Source of the DNA: Squalus acanthias
Lineage: Eukaryota
Direction of reading: 5' to 3'
DNA: 64,000 nucleotides
Assembly (NCBI GenBank): GCA_030390025.1
Contig: CM059432.1
Coordinates: forward strand, 51,648,001-51,712,000
Shown: piece after piece, positions 1-11,540 of the stretch
Layout of the letters: each line of letters opens with the position of its first letter
How positions within the stretch are numbered: the first letter of the stretch is position 1
Position numbers and translations under genes: made by a program
Notes under the pieces: generated by a model
The model's database searches: none
What the model was told of the DNA's origin: nothing
Seen by the model: only the letters and a program-made list of their open reading frames with translations

Positions 1-868
1 TCAGCTTCTTTTCTCCACTGCTAGCTGTCTTCTTAAACCCCTCTCCCCTGTGTCCTCCACCCTCACCTCCGATAACAAGTGTGAGGAGCTCATGGGCGTC
101 TCTAAGATTGAGACCATCCGTTCAGCTGCCTCTGCCACTTCCCTTCCTTCCCCTAGCCCACCGGGCCAAATTTCCTCTAAGGTTCCCCCCTGCCCTAGCC
201 CTGAACTCACATCTTTCTCTAGTTTCTCTCCAATCTCCCCTCGAGACCTCTCCGCACTCATCTTGTCCATGAGATCCACTTCCTGTTCCCTCGACCCTAT
301 TCCCACCAAACTGCTGACCACCCAACTTCATTTTCTGGCTCCCATGTTAGCTGACATTGTTAACAGTTCTCTCTCCTCAGGTTCTGTCCCCCCTCCCTCA
401 AATCTGCCGTCATCACCCCTCTCCTCAAAAAAACAACCTTTGACCCCTCCGTCCTTGCAAACTACCACCCCATCTCCACCCTCCCTTTCCTCTCCAAAGT
501 CCTTGAACGTGTTGTTGCCGCCCAAATCCGTGCCCATCTTTCTCGCAACTCCATCTTTGAATCCCTCCAATCAGGTCTCCGCCCTTGCCACAGTACCGAA
601 ACGGCTCTCATCAAAGTCACAAATCACATCCTTTGTGACTGTGACAAAGGTAAACTATCCCTCCTTGTCCTTCTCGACTTGTCTGCAGCCTTTGACATGG
701 TTGACCACTCCATCCTCCTCCAACGCCTCTTTGACCAAGCTTTTGGTCATCTGCCCTAATTTCTCCTTATGTGGCTCAAATTTTTGTCTTATATTACTCC
801 TGTGAAGTGCCTTGGGACTACATTACTACATTAAAGGCGCTATGTACATTCAAGTTGTTGTTGTTGTT
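1..868 (+). mobile_element. L2-clade LINE fragment (RT region joined directly to 3' tail)
   Basis: Frameshifted translation LDPIPTKLL...[16 protein letters not shown]...[17 protein letters not shown]...[17 protein letters not shown]. Followed by an L2-type tail ...AAAGGCGCTATGTACATTCAAG(TTG)n. Confidence 0.9.
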
Positions 869-884
869 CCCCTTAAATACAAAG

Positions 885-1649
885 GGGGCAGAAATTCGGG
901 TCTCCAGGGGTGAGTACGCGCTGTGTACTCACCCGTAGACCCAACGAAAGTGCCGGTTTCGCGCATGCACTGTGCATGCGCTGGAAACCGGAACTTCCGT
1001 TCCCTTGAAGGAAGGGGTTCGGAGGTCAAACGCGTGCGCTGGAGAGGCAGCACGCACGCATCGAACTTCCGCTTTTTTTTCAGGTTTCCCCGTGAGGGTA
1101 AGTCCCTGGCAGCTGCGTGGGGGAAAAGCAGGCGCAAGGCCTGCTTTTAACAAGGTAAGTGGTGAATTAAGTGAAATTTAAACATTTTTTCCACAGGTTT
1201 ATCTTTTTTAAATACTTTAAAGAAAGGTAAGTTTATTTTTAGCCCCGTTAAAAATTGTAATACATTTTTTCAAAAATTTAAATTTTTGTTTAAAATAGTT
1301 AATTTATGTAATTTATAGTTATTTTAAAACTGTGATTTTTTTAAAAAATGTATTTGAAGTTTTAGTTAGGTTTTGGGGCCGATCTCTATTCATAGATTTG
1401 ACAGGTCTTCCTGTCAAATCTATGAAAGGAGATTCCCTGCTCCGATTGGCTCTCCATGGCCCACGTGATCCCAGGGGACGCTTCGAACTAACTGCGCCCC
1501 CTGGGATACGCAAGCACTGCACACTGGCAGCTGGAGGAGGCCCAGGATCGGAATCCCACGTGGGCACACAGCACAACGGCAGGCGCACTAGGTAAGTGAA
1601 GGTTGGGGGCTTGCACCCGCGGGAAGCCTCCGACCCGAATTTCTGGCCC
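885..1649 (+). mobile_element. PIF/Harbinger-type MITE, family A copy 1
   Basis: Terminal inverted repeats GGGGCAGAAATTCGGG / CCCGAATTTCTGGCCC. Colinear, highly similar copy at 35316-36077. Confidence 0.85.
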
Positions 1650-2998
1650 ATAAGAACAGAAGAACATAAGAAGTAGGAGCAGGAGTAGGCCATTTGGCCC
1701 CTTGATCCTGCTCCGCCATTCAATAAGATCATGGCTGATCTGAACATGGCCTCAACTCCACTTTCCTGCCCGCTCCCCATAACCCTTGACTCCCCTGTAG
1801 CTCAAAAATCTGTCTATTTCAGCCTTGAATATATTCAATGACCCAGCATCCACAGCTCTCTAGAGTAGAGAATTCCAATGATTCATGACCCTCTGAGAGA
1901 AGAAATTCCTCCTCATCTCCGTTTTAAATGGGCGACTCCTTATTTTGAAAATATGCCCCCTTGTTCTAGATTCCCCCACGAGGGGAAACATCCTCCCTGC
2001 AACTACCCTGTCAAGCCCCCTCAGAATCTTATATGTTTCAATAAGATCACCTCTCATTCTTCTAAACTCCAATGAGTATAGGCCCAACCTGCTCAACCTT
2101 TCTTCATAAGACAACCCCTTCATCTCAGGAATCAAGCTAGTGAACCTTCTCTGAACTGCCTCCAATGCAAGTATATCCCTCCTTAAATAAGGAGACCAAA
2201 ACTGCAGCAGTACTCCAGATGTGGTCTCACCAGCGCTAAGTACAGTTGTAGCAAGATTTCCCTACTTTTATACTCCATCCCCCTTGCAAAAAGGGCCAAC
2301 ATTCCATTTGCCTTCCTAATTATTTGCTGTACCTGCATGCTAACTTTTTGTGTTTTATGTGCAAGGATCCCCAGATCCCTCTGTACCGCAGCATTTTGTA
2401 GTCTTTCTCCATTTAAATAATAAATTGCTTTTTTATTCTTCCTACCAAAGTGTATAACCTCACATTTTCCCACATATACTCCATCTGCCAAATTTTTGCC
2501 CATTCACTTAACCTATCTATATCCCTTTGCAGACTCTTTGGGCTGGATTTTCAATGACCCATGGAGTCGGGTTTGGAGGCGTGTGGGGGGTTAAAGTTGC
2601 AGATTCGGGGGTCCTGACCCCATCCCGACTCCATTCCGCCTCCACGCAATTTTGACAAAATCAGTCGCGGGGTTCCCGACTCCGTCCCACCTCCAAGAGG
2701 CGGGAGAGACCATTAAAGCCCTTAACAAGCCTTAAATTGGCTCTGTAATGCCATTTTGAAATGTTTTAGCTAGTTTAACTTTTTTCCGATGTGAAGTACG
2801 CCTGATGTGAAACACGCCAGTGAAACCTGGTGGGAGCACAAGTGGATAGCTGACTATCAGCTGCAGGTCCACTATTACAACAGAGATGTGATGAAGGTAG
2901 TAGTAGTATTGTGATGAAGGTAGTAGTAGTATTAGGTCTGAAAGTCGCCTCTGATGCTGCTGCATTGAATGTCTTCAGAGACTGCCTGGGAGGACTTG

Positions 2999-3030
<32 letters not shown>

Positions 3031-3313
3031 AGATGCTGCTCATTTTGCATCCAGGTCCTCCCACAGCAAAGGCCAGGCAATCTCTGAGACCAGGCAGTCA
3101 GTCTCTGACCTGCAATGATGACATCATCAGAGGCGACTTTCAGACTGAAACCACTAATTGTTTCATGGGTTCCCACATGCTGGGACTCAATTAAGTGAAA
3201 ATTGCATCATTCATCCACATTAATCTGGAGTCGGGGGGGGCAACACGAAATGCGGGTAACACGACCCCAACCCGACCCCAAGACAAAATCCAGCCCTTTG
3301 TGTCCTCCTCACA
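1650..3313 (-). mobile_element. CR1 LINE 3' portion, interrupted by a MITE at 2540-3296
   Basis: Minus-strand ORFs KCEVIHFGRKN...LVRPHLEYC and QRRFTSLIPEMKGLSYEERL...RGDLIETYK. (TTCTTATG)-type tail at about 1650-1670. CR1 sequence resumes after the MITE. Confidence 0.92.
2540..3296. mobile_element. Harbinger-type MITE (family C) inserted in CR1
   Basis: Perfect 12-bp TIR GGGCTGGATTTT / AAAATCCAGCCC. 3-bp TSD TTT at 2537-2539 and 3297-3299. Contains a 23-bp tandem duplication (2888-2933) and (CT)n at about 3002-3028. Confidence 0.88.
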
Positions 3314-3600
3314 TCTATGTTATTTGCGTCAACTACTCCACATGGTAGCAAGTTCCACATTCTAACCATTCTCTGGGTAAAGAAGTTTCTCCTGAATTCC
3401 TTATTGGATTTATTAGTGACTATCTGATATATTTATGACCTCTAGTTTTGGACTCCAGTTGGTTCTCTCACACATACACGTGGACTCACACACAAACGCA
3501 CATAGTCTACTGAGACTGGTTAAAGTCAACCTGAAGAAGTCTGAGTATAATTATCAGTCAAGGTTAGATTCAAACTGTTAAGGGTTTCAGTTGATAGCAA

Positions 3601-4297
3601 GGGGCTGATTTTAACCCAATCTGCCTGGAGGAAACTGGACGGGCTGAGAATTAAAATGGCCGCAGTGACTTGCCCCCTCCGATCTCACTGCCTTCCTGCG
3701 GCTTGGAATTTTAACCTGCTTGTTTGAGCAGGCGATCAGGACCCCCGCCAAAAGACAACGAGGTCCTTCATCAAATACGCAGATCGGGCTCCGATTACCT
3801 CATTGTGGCCTGACTGCAATTTTAACCAAAGTCCTGCATGGGGAAGCTGTTGTGGCTCCCTCGCCAGGCCAACCTGGCGGCAAGCAGAGCCAGGACAAAG
3901 CCAGAAAGGTATGTTATTTTTTTTTAATCTCCTTGTGAGCCGGGGGTAGCAGAAGTGCTGCTTCAGGCTCAACAAGGAAACTGTGGACCTCCCCAGCTCA
4001 GGCTTCCTCTCCCCAACTGCAAGGCCTTCCCTCCCCTCCCCACCCCAAACTACTTACCTGAATGATGGGGATCGTTTCTTCGGGTCCCTGTCGGTGACCT
4101 ACTGCAGCCCAATATCCCACTCTCACCTACCGGCCAGCTAATGCTTCCTGCCAAATTCGGGAAGGGTGCTGATGGTGCCCATGCAGCTGAGGCCCGGGAA
4201 TTAAAATCTCCTGGGCTGCACTCTGCGGCAGACTGGACAGTTGGCCACCTGCCTCGGACCCTGCTTGCATGACTCCCACCGAGTGTTAAAATTGGGG
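3601..4297. mobile_element. Degenerate Harbinger-type MITE
   Basis: Ends GGGGCTGATTTTAAC ... GTTAAAATTGGGG. Recurrent ATTTTAAC/TTAAAAT subterminal motifs. Internal AG|GTATG and ACTTAC|CT motifs as in the other MITEs. Confidence 0.6.
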
Positions 4298-5650
4298 ATT
4301 CAGACCTTCCTAATTTACTCTATGGAGTCATTCTACAGCTGAAAAATAAAGGGATTAAAGTTAATAATCAGAATTCACCACAATAACGATGCTTAAATGT
4401 TTCAGAATATCAATGGAAAAGTCATTGATATCTTCCAGTAAGTTATAGTCACCATTGTTATAAACATTTTACAGAATCTTATCCCTAGTTCATGTAGGTG
4501 TTGGAATGGTGTTCCTAATGGTGGATAATTGTGTCTTGCTCAGAACATTTCTATCTCTATCTCTGTATACCAATAATTACAAGGACAGTCTACAGTAATC
4601 ATTTGAAGTTAACTGTTCACTTTTAGCATTGCCCACAATCTATATTGAAAGGCAAACAATGATTTGCCATAATTATTATATTAATTCATGGGACTACTGT
4701 GAATATGTAACTCAGAAAACACATGCCCTGTCAATGCTTTGGGTTAAAGGTTTATCAAAGTGAGCTAACAGCAAGCTCTCACTGAGCCTGCAGAACCTAT
4801 AAAGAACACAGCAATGTGTTGATAAGCGTTAAATTAAATCAGGGACGACACAGCATCCCAGGTTGTATTTAATTCTCTTTTCAGTCATTTAAATTTGACC
4901 TACTAATGATCTGTGGGCTCAATATAATGAAGCACCTCAGAAAACAGTACAAGCACCAAGCTGAATGGCAGCCTCTTATTACTGTACAACAAAGAACAAA
5001 TAAATGCCACACATTACACATTTGTATGCTAGGCAATTGGACAACCATTTAATTTTGTTACTGAGTCTAGCAGCAAGCATATTTTTAAATGATAGTTTGC
5101 AATAAAGCGGAGATATATGTCCAAATAATTAATTTTTTGACATCTCATTGAGAGCATTCATAATCTAAATTAATTCTGCAGTGATCTCCATCACTGTAGG
5201 GAAATGAAAGGTGTTAACCAATAGGAAAATGAGGAAGAGGCTGCTATGTTGAAAGGAGAGTGGGTAATTTTGCCCTTGATAGTTCCTGCAGCAATAGAAA
5301 AACTGTGAAGTAAGATTTCAGAAACCAGTCTCACCCAGACCTTGTGTGTCAAAGGCTGATCAAATAAATAAAGTTCCATAAAAGAACGAAACCATTGTCT
5401 TTGGTCCTGCCACAAACTCTGTTCCCTCGTCAGAAAATGTATCCTTCTACCTCATATTGTCTCAAGCAGAAACAGGCTGTTTGCAGCCTCAGCATCATAT
5501 TAAGCCCTAAGCTCAGCTTCTGACCCCATGTCCTCTCCAGCACAAAGACCCCCTACATCCACCTCCGTAACATTCTCTGCCACCATCCCTACCTCAGCCC
5601 ATCTGCTGCTGAAACTCTCATTCATTCCTGTGTCACCTCCAGACTTGACA

Positions 5651-7199
5651 GCCTGAATTTTAATTTCAATACTTTGGCGGGTTGGGAGCGGGGGGACTCA
5701 GAAGCGGTCAGGAAACCAGGGAGAACGGGTTTCCCGCAGGCCCTGCTGAATTTAACGGCAGGGCCTGATTTGTATTTGAAACCTCTGTTTCGCACCCGCA
5801 GCCAGCCAAATGGAGAGGCTAGCTGGCTGTGGGTGAGTAGGCCAATGGCATTAGGCCATGGAGAGAAGGGAGGGAGGGATCGCGTGGGGGCTGGGGGGGG
5901 CGAGGGTGGTCAGGGAGGCCAGAGGAGCATGGTGGGGGGAGGGGGGAGCAGAAGATCATTGGAGAGCCAGAGGGTCATCATCGGGGGGCTGGGGGATCAT
6001 TGGAGGAGCATCATTGGGCGGGGGTGCGGGAGGTCATCGGAGAGCCAGAGAAGTAGGAGTGGGGGGGGGGGGGTTCGTGAGATCATCGGTCATCGGAGGG
6101 CCGGATCATTTGTGGGGGGCGGGAGGATCATCGGAGGGCCGGAGGAGCATTATCGGGGGGCCGGGAGCTCAATGGAGGGCTGAAGGAGCGGGGGACAGGG
6201 TACTGAGGGATCATTGGAGGTCCGGATCAGTGGGGAGGGGGGTGTGCCGGGAAATCATTGAAGAGCTAGAGGAGCATTATCAGGGGACGGGAGCTCATCG
6301 GAGGGCCGGAGGAGCAGAGCGAGGGGGCTGGGAGATCATTGGAGGGCTGGAGGAGCAGAGCGAGGGAGCTGGGAGACCATCGGAGGGCCGGAGGAGCAGA
6401 GCGAGGGAGCTGGGAGATCATCGGAGGGCCGGAGGAGCAGAGCGAGGGGGCTGGGAGATCATTGGAGGGCTGGAGGAGCAGAGCGAGGGAGGTGGGAGAT
6501 CATCGGAGGGCCGAAGGAGCAGGGCGAGGGGGCCAGGAGCAGCATGGGGTAGGGGGGTGGAGGCCTCATGGGGGGAATCGGAGGCCTGGTGGGGGGAATC
6601 GGAGGACTCGTGGGCAATGTTCCCACTAATTTTGAAGGAGCTGCGCGGCCCATTCACAGTTTCGCGAGCTGGTCCCAGGCTACTTGGGACCGGCAAACAG
6701 CTGCGCGGCCGTGTGGTTGCGCCGCTTAGGGGGAATGTTGCTCGTGAGGGGCATCGGTGGCCTCGTGAGGGGGATCAGAGGCCGAGTAGAGGAAATCGGA
6801 GATTAAGTGGGGGGATCAGAGACCTCATGGGGGGTTTCTAATCGCGGGGGCTGGGTTTGGCAGGGACACTGGATCCAGGTGATAAGTGTAAAGGCCCTTA
6901 CCTCCTGGATCCAGCAAACCTCGCCTTCCATTAGCTGACGGGTTTCACAAGTCCTGCAAAACCCGACCAGCCACAGTTAAATATAAAATGGTGATTAAAT
7001 CTAAGGCATGCTAGCCTCATTATAATATTTAAATGGGCGACCCGCTTCCTGTGAGCGGGTTGGCTGCCTGCACCCCCGTCCCACCTCCATTAAAACCAGA
7101 AATGGGCAAGTTGGAAGTGGGTTCTGGTCGGGATTCAGATTTTTAATACTTTAACTTCCCGAACCCAACCCACCCATTTTGTTCGGTTAAAATTCCCCC
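5651..7199 (+). mobile_element. Non-autonomous Harbinger-like element (family D) with an expanded G-rich minisatellite core
   Basis: Shares the subterminal hairpin (5739-5767), the CTGGATCCAG hairpin and the 3' arm (GCCTCATTATAATATTT...CCCGCC...TTAAAACC...AAATTCCCCC) with 59949-60918, 13316-14103 and 63530-64000. Confidence 0.75.
6300..6533 (+). repeat. 41-bp G-rich minisatellite, about 5.7 copies
   Basis: Unit GGAGGGC(C/T)GGAGGAGCAGAGCGAGGG(G/A)GCTGGGAGATCAT(C/T), embedded in more degenerate GATCATCGGAGG repeats at about 5870-6830. Confidence 0.9.
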
Positions 7200-8060
7200 G
7201 GTTTGTCACCCGCCTCGGCCCCCGCCTGTCTGACTCACGCTCCGAGTTAAAATCAGGGCCCAACTGTTTACAGTAGATCTATATGGTGGCTTTCAGATAG
7301 ATGTTGGTATCACAACATTATCTGCAATTCTGCTGCTTGATTTGAAAGCATTCAATGAGGCTGTGGAACATTTATAGGAACAACTGCATTTAGACTTGTT
7401 GACCATGAACTCCTTACGGTGCATTTACACTGCAGTTACCAAAATGAGACCAGAAGCTGCAGTATTGATTCCAGACAGATAGCATCTTATTTATATTGTT
7501 GGCTTAAAGTGCACTTTTCGTGCCCAGAAGAGAATTCTGCGCGAATATACTTATCGGCATGCACCTCCCCCAGCTATTAAACTGTAGGCTGCGAAATTCC
7601 CAAGTTTAGCACCAGCTGTTAAGGCCGGTTTGAAGAAAAAATGGGCGATTTCCGGTGCGGGCTGTGCTGGGCGCCATATTGGGAAGAGCGATAGCGCGGC
7701 CATTGCCTGCGCGCGCGGAAGAATACAAATGAGGCAGGTTATGATGTCCCACGCTGATTTGACGCACAACCTGCTATTTTGGACATCGCTGCGCCACTGT
7801 ACACCCTCTCCTAAGCATGCACAGCTGAACGTGCGTTCAGCTGCACGACGGACCCCCCACCAGCGCAACTTAAAAGGACAAACGCAACTTTGAGGTAAGT
7901 TGGTTTTTGCTGTTGTACTGGTTCATGTGAAGTTTATTTGAGTAGTGGCTTGGTGTAAGACATTTAAAAAGTTGTTAAAGTGTGCAGGGTGTGCTGCTGG
8001 ATGTTTGCAAGGTGTAGGCTATTAAATGAAGACCTCTGAGAATACCACTTGCTCCCAGTC

Positions 8061-9191
8061 CTGGGGGCTCTAGTTACAGTCCCCCTTGGGCTGCAGCATG
8101 ACATGGAGATGGAGCACAGGCAGCAAAGGGGACCATCTGCTTGCAGAGGTAGGAGGAGAGGAGGGCTCTAAGCAGGAGGCCATTACCCACCTAGGGTCTT
8201 CAGGGAGCACTTCTCCTATCTGTACCTAAGCCAGGAGCAGTATTCATCATCTCCGCTTCACGAAGGAGATGGTCACAGAACTCTGCCACCTCCTGCAACT
8301 AAACCTGGAGCCTCAGAACAGGGCGAGGACAGCGCTGCCAGTTGCCCTCAAGGTGACCGTGGCCCTAAATTTCTTTGCCAGCGAATCTTCCAGGCTGGAA
8401 CAGGCAACATAACTCACATCTCGCAGTTCGCCGTACATCGCTGCATCCGAGAGGTCACAGAGGCTCTGTACGCTCGGAGAGATGACTTCATTGTCTTCTC
8501 AGGAGGAGCGCGCACGTGGCTTTGTCAGGATATCAGGCTTTCCCATGGTGCAGGGTGGCATCGCCTGCACACATGTGGCTTTGCGGGCTCTGCATCTCAA
8601 TGCTGAGATGTACCCCAACCAAAAAGGCTACCACTCACTTAATGTGCAGTTGTTGTGCGACCACGCCCAGCACATCATGTTGGTGAATGCCTGCTATCCT
8701 GGCAGCAGTCATCATGCCTTCCTCCTGTGCCATGTATTCCAGCCACCACGTCAAACCTGAGGATGGCTGCTCGGCAACAAGGGCTATCCGCTCCACATCA
8801 GCCAGGTGACTTCCCTCTGCAACCCCACCATTTGTGGTGAGCAATCATACAATGAGAGCCATGCTGCCACAAGTAACGTCATCAACCAGACCATCGGGGT
8901 GCTAAAGCAACGGTTCTGCTGCCTTGACCGCTTGGGAGGAGTCCTCCAGTACTCACTGGATCGGGTGTCCTATTTCATCGTGTGTGCTGCATCCTCCACA
9001 ACTTGGCCATCATGAGGGCGCAGCCCTTGCCACCACGGGTTCCACGTCCACCTCAGGAGGAGGAGGAAGAGGAGGAGGAGGAGGAGGAGGAGGAGGAGGA
9101 GGAGGAAGAGGAGGAACGGAGGAGGCAGCCTGCCAATTCACGTTCAGGACAGGCTATCCGTGAGCGCATCATCAGACTCCAGTTCCCCTGA
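8061..9191 (+). pseudogene. Degenerate PIF/Harbinger (HARBI1-like, DDE_Tnp_4-type) transposase
   Basis: Frameshifted motifs: LPVALKVTVALNFFAS, ISQFAVHRCIREVTEALY, GFPMVQGGIACTHVAL, NQKGYHSLNVQLLCD, YPGSSHHAF, GWLLGNKGYP, YNESHAATSNVINQTIGVLKQRFCCLD, CCILHNLA. Glu-rich tail and RERIIRLQFP*. Expected start appears as CTG GGG GCT at 8061. Confidence 0.92.
9056..9116 (+). repeat. (GAG/GAA)n repeat encoding the acidic C-terminal tail of the transposase
   Basis: About 20 consecutive Glu codons. Confidence 0.95.
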
Positions 9192-9399
9192 CTTAAAACC
9201 CACATCCCCGTTGCTCAACACTTCCCCACCTTACCATTCCATACCTTACCATCCCTCTGTCATGGACCATCACAGTGTCCTCTTGGCCATAATCCTGAAA
9301 TGAAAGCCAACACAAAACACACATTCCAAACAAAATTTATCAATCAATCAATCAAATGGTACATATCAAAGTCATCTAATGACCTTTGTGTATTCCCTT

Positions 9400-10789
9400 A
9401 GTACCTGTCTTGCGTGTTCCTTTGCCTGTTCTAGTATTCCTTTGAAGTGCTACTCCAATGGCTGCTGAATGGCTGGTGGAAGGGTGCTGACTTTCAGTGG
9501 GCTAGACTGCAGATGGCCTTTCAGGATGACCTTAAGCAGCTCTGGGCCTAGAAGGCCTGGCAGCGGACTGCACCACCTCTGCATGGGCAGTAGTGGTCTA
9601 AGCTGGCTGGCTGGCTGACAGGCAACAGCAAGGACACTGACGGAGTGGCAGTGGTGGGAGGACAAATGTTGTCATTCTGAGAGAGTTCAGTAGGTTCGTC
9701 CTCCACAGAGTCACTGGCACTCCACTGGGGCAGTGCCTCAGCAATCCTCGTCATCTGTTGGAAGACAGATTGCCGGACTGCTGTGACACCCTGCAATCCC
9801 CTTTCAACACTGATAAACCCAGCCATGATGGCAGCAGTCTGTGCTTCCATGGCAGCAAGCTGAGCACTACATGAGAGCCATCTGAGCTTGTATTGCACAA
9901 GTCTGTGATTCCACTGCAGCACTAAGGCGTTGGGCCGCTTCCACTTGTGTTGCAATGAACGCTGAGAAATTGGCCATAATGCTGCATCCTGGTTGCATCC
10001 ACAAGTGTGCTAATGGAGTTGTCCATCACTTCCATCCTGGAAATCATGGGCTCCAAGCTCTGTGCAAAGGCCTGTGCAAAGTTGGTGCTGGACTCTTCCA
10101 TGCTCCTCGACAATGAAAGCAGGCTTTCTGGCAGGCCTGCCAATGCACCAAGCAGTTCATTGTGCATGTCCATCAGTGATCGTCTGTAGGCCGCCCCATT
10201 GACGTCCTCATCTGAGTCCTATGCAGCAGAACTCGTGTGCGACCTCACCCTCCAGGGAGCTGGAACCTGCACTACCCTTTCCCCTGACCTGGCTGCAGCC
10301 CACTCATGCCTGACGAGTCACCACATGTGGATCCCGCCTCTATACTACCCTGTAAAATCCGCGCAGTGTCAGTATCTGAGCTGGTGCCTGCAAGTGTCAG
10401 ATTGAGTGACGGCATCTCTTCTCCTTCAACAATCTCCTCTTCCACCACTGGCTGGGCAGCTTGGAGGTCTTTGGTATCTGAAAGGAGAAAGGCACAAGGA
10501 TAGTGTTGTGGTGAGGGGAGAGGTAAAAGCAAGATGTGCATGCTTACACCATCAGCAGTTTGCAAGTGAGAAGTGATTGTGGGATGAGGGGGAACTTGGA
10601 TGTGAGAAGGAGGATTAAGTATGAGCATACCATCATCTTCAATGTTTTCAATGTCACTGCTCGTCAGGGCCTTCGTGACGGGCCTCCAATTCGCTGCAGC
10701 ACTGTCTCCTCAATGGGCGTGTGGACATGCAGCACTGCCCGACCCCTGCTGGTTCGCTGCTGCTCTCTCCTGTTATGTGCCACCTTGGC
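9400..10789 (-). pseudogene. Harbinger second gene (Myb/SANT partner, NAIF1/MSANTD-like), exons 2-3, convergent with the transposase; SANT exon missing
   Basis: Acceptor ttctcttgcag|GCCAAGGTG (exon 10789-10631, AKVAHNRREQQRTSRG). Donor GATG|gtatgc. Next acceptor ctcctttcag|ATACC at 10477. Downstream ORFs MDMHNELLGALAGLPESLLSLSRSMEESS and AMEAQTAAIMA. Confidence 0.8.
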
Positions 10790-11540
10790 CTGCAAGAGAA
10801 AGGGAAGTGTGTCAGTCAGTGTGGTGCAATGTGTTTGGGTGATGTTCCTGTCATGGTTGAATAGCTGACAGTGTGCATGATGTGAGTGTAAAGCTTGCAG
10901 CAGTGTTAGTGTTAACACCTGATTAAGGACTTTTCAGGAATTTCGTCGATGCTGAGCAAAGCAGGGGTGGGGCCTGTTCCACTCAGTTTTTTGTTTCTAT
11001 ATGCGGCTTAACTACTGGCCCTTAAAGGGACCGTTGGATGCCACCACCAAAAAGGTAAACTCATTTTTTGAAACTTACCTTTCTGTAGTTTCAGGGGGAG
11101 CATGTGTGCTCCTCCTGGCTCCACAACACTTTTGAAGACTGGTACCTGTCACACTCAGCCCCTTTCCTGTTCTCCTCTCTGACGTCTTATCTGAAGGCCA
11201 CTGTCGGTGAGGCATGCAGCCCAAATTAGATCGATGCTAAGTGACACAACAGGTGCTAGCAGCTCACTGCAATTATTAAAATGATGCCCGAGGCAATTTC
11301 AGACGATCCTCGGGCCTCTCGGTTTGGGCGCATGCTGGAAGCGCGCCATCAGTTATGTGCCCAAAAGCAGGCCATAACAAATTTGTTTCCCCTTTAGCTA
11401 TACATCAGAAAGTGAATCACATATCACAGTGATGCAGTGATTGTTCAAAGTAAATGCCTCAAAGCATTCACAGAGATTATACATGCTACCCCATTGACTG
11501 CAGAAGTCCACAAATGGGTAGCAATCTTTGCTAATATGTT

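Noticed and set aside
6300..6533. CRISPR-like periodic array
   Set aside because: Head-to-tail 41-bp units with no unique spacers, no cas genes, and a vertebrate repeat context.
5674..6841. Long Gly/Arg-rich ORFs (169 aa, 327 aa) and similar ORFs at 60193-60723
   Set aside because: They are by-products of G-rich minisatellites that lack stop codons; several frames are open at once.
8061..9191. Domesticated host HARBI1 gene
   Set aside because: Frameshifts, stops, a lost start codon and a convergent Myb partner mark it as a decayed transposon copy.
11437..11540. N-terminal extension of the 388-aa ORF as a chimeric host gene
   Set aside because: It starts at a GTG in flanking DNA that happens to be in frame with the truncated CR1.
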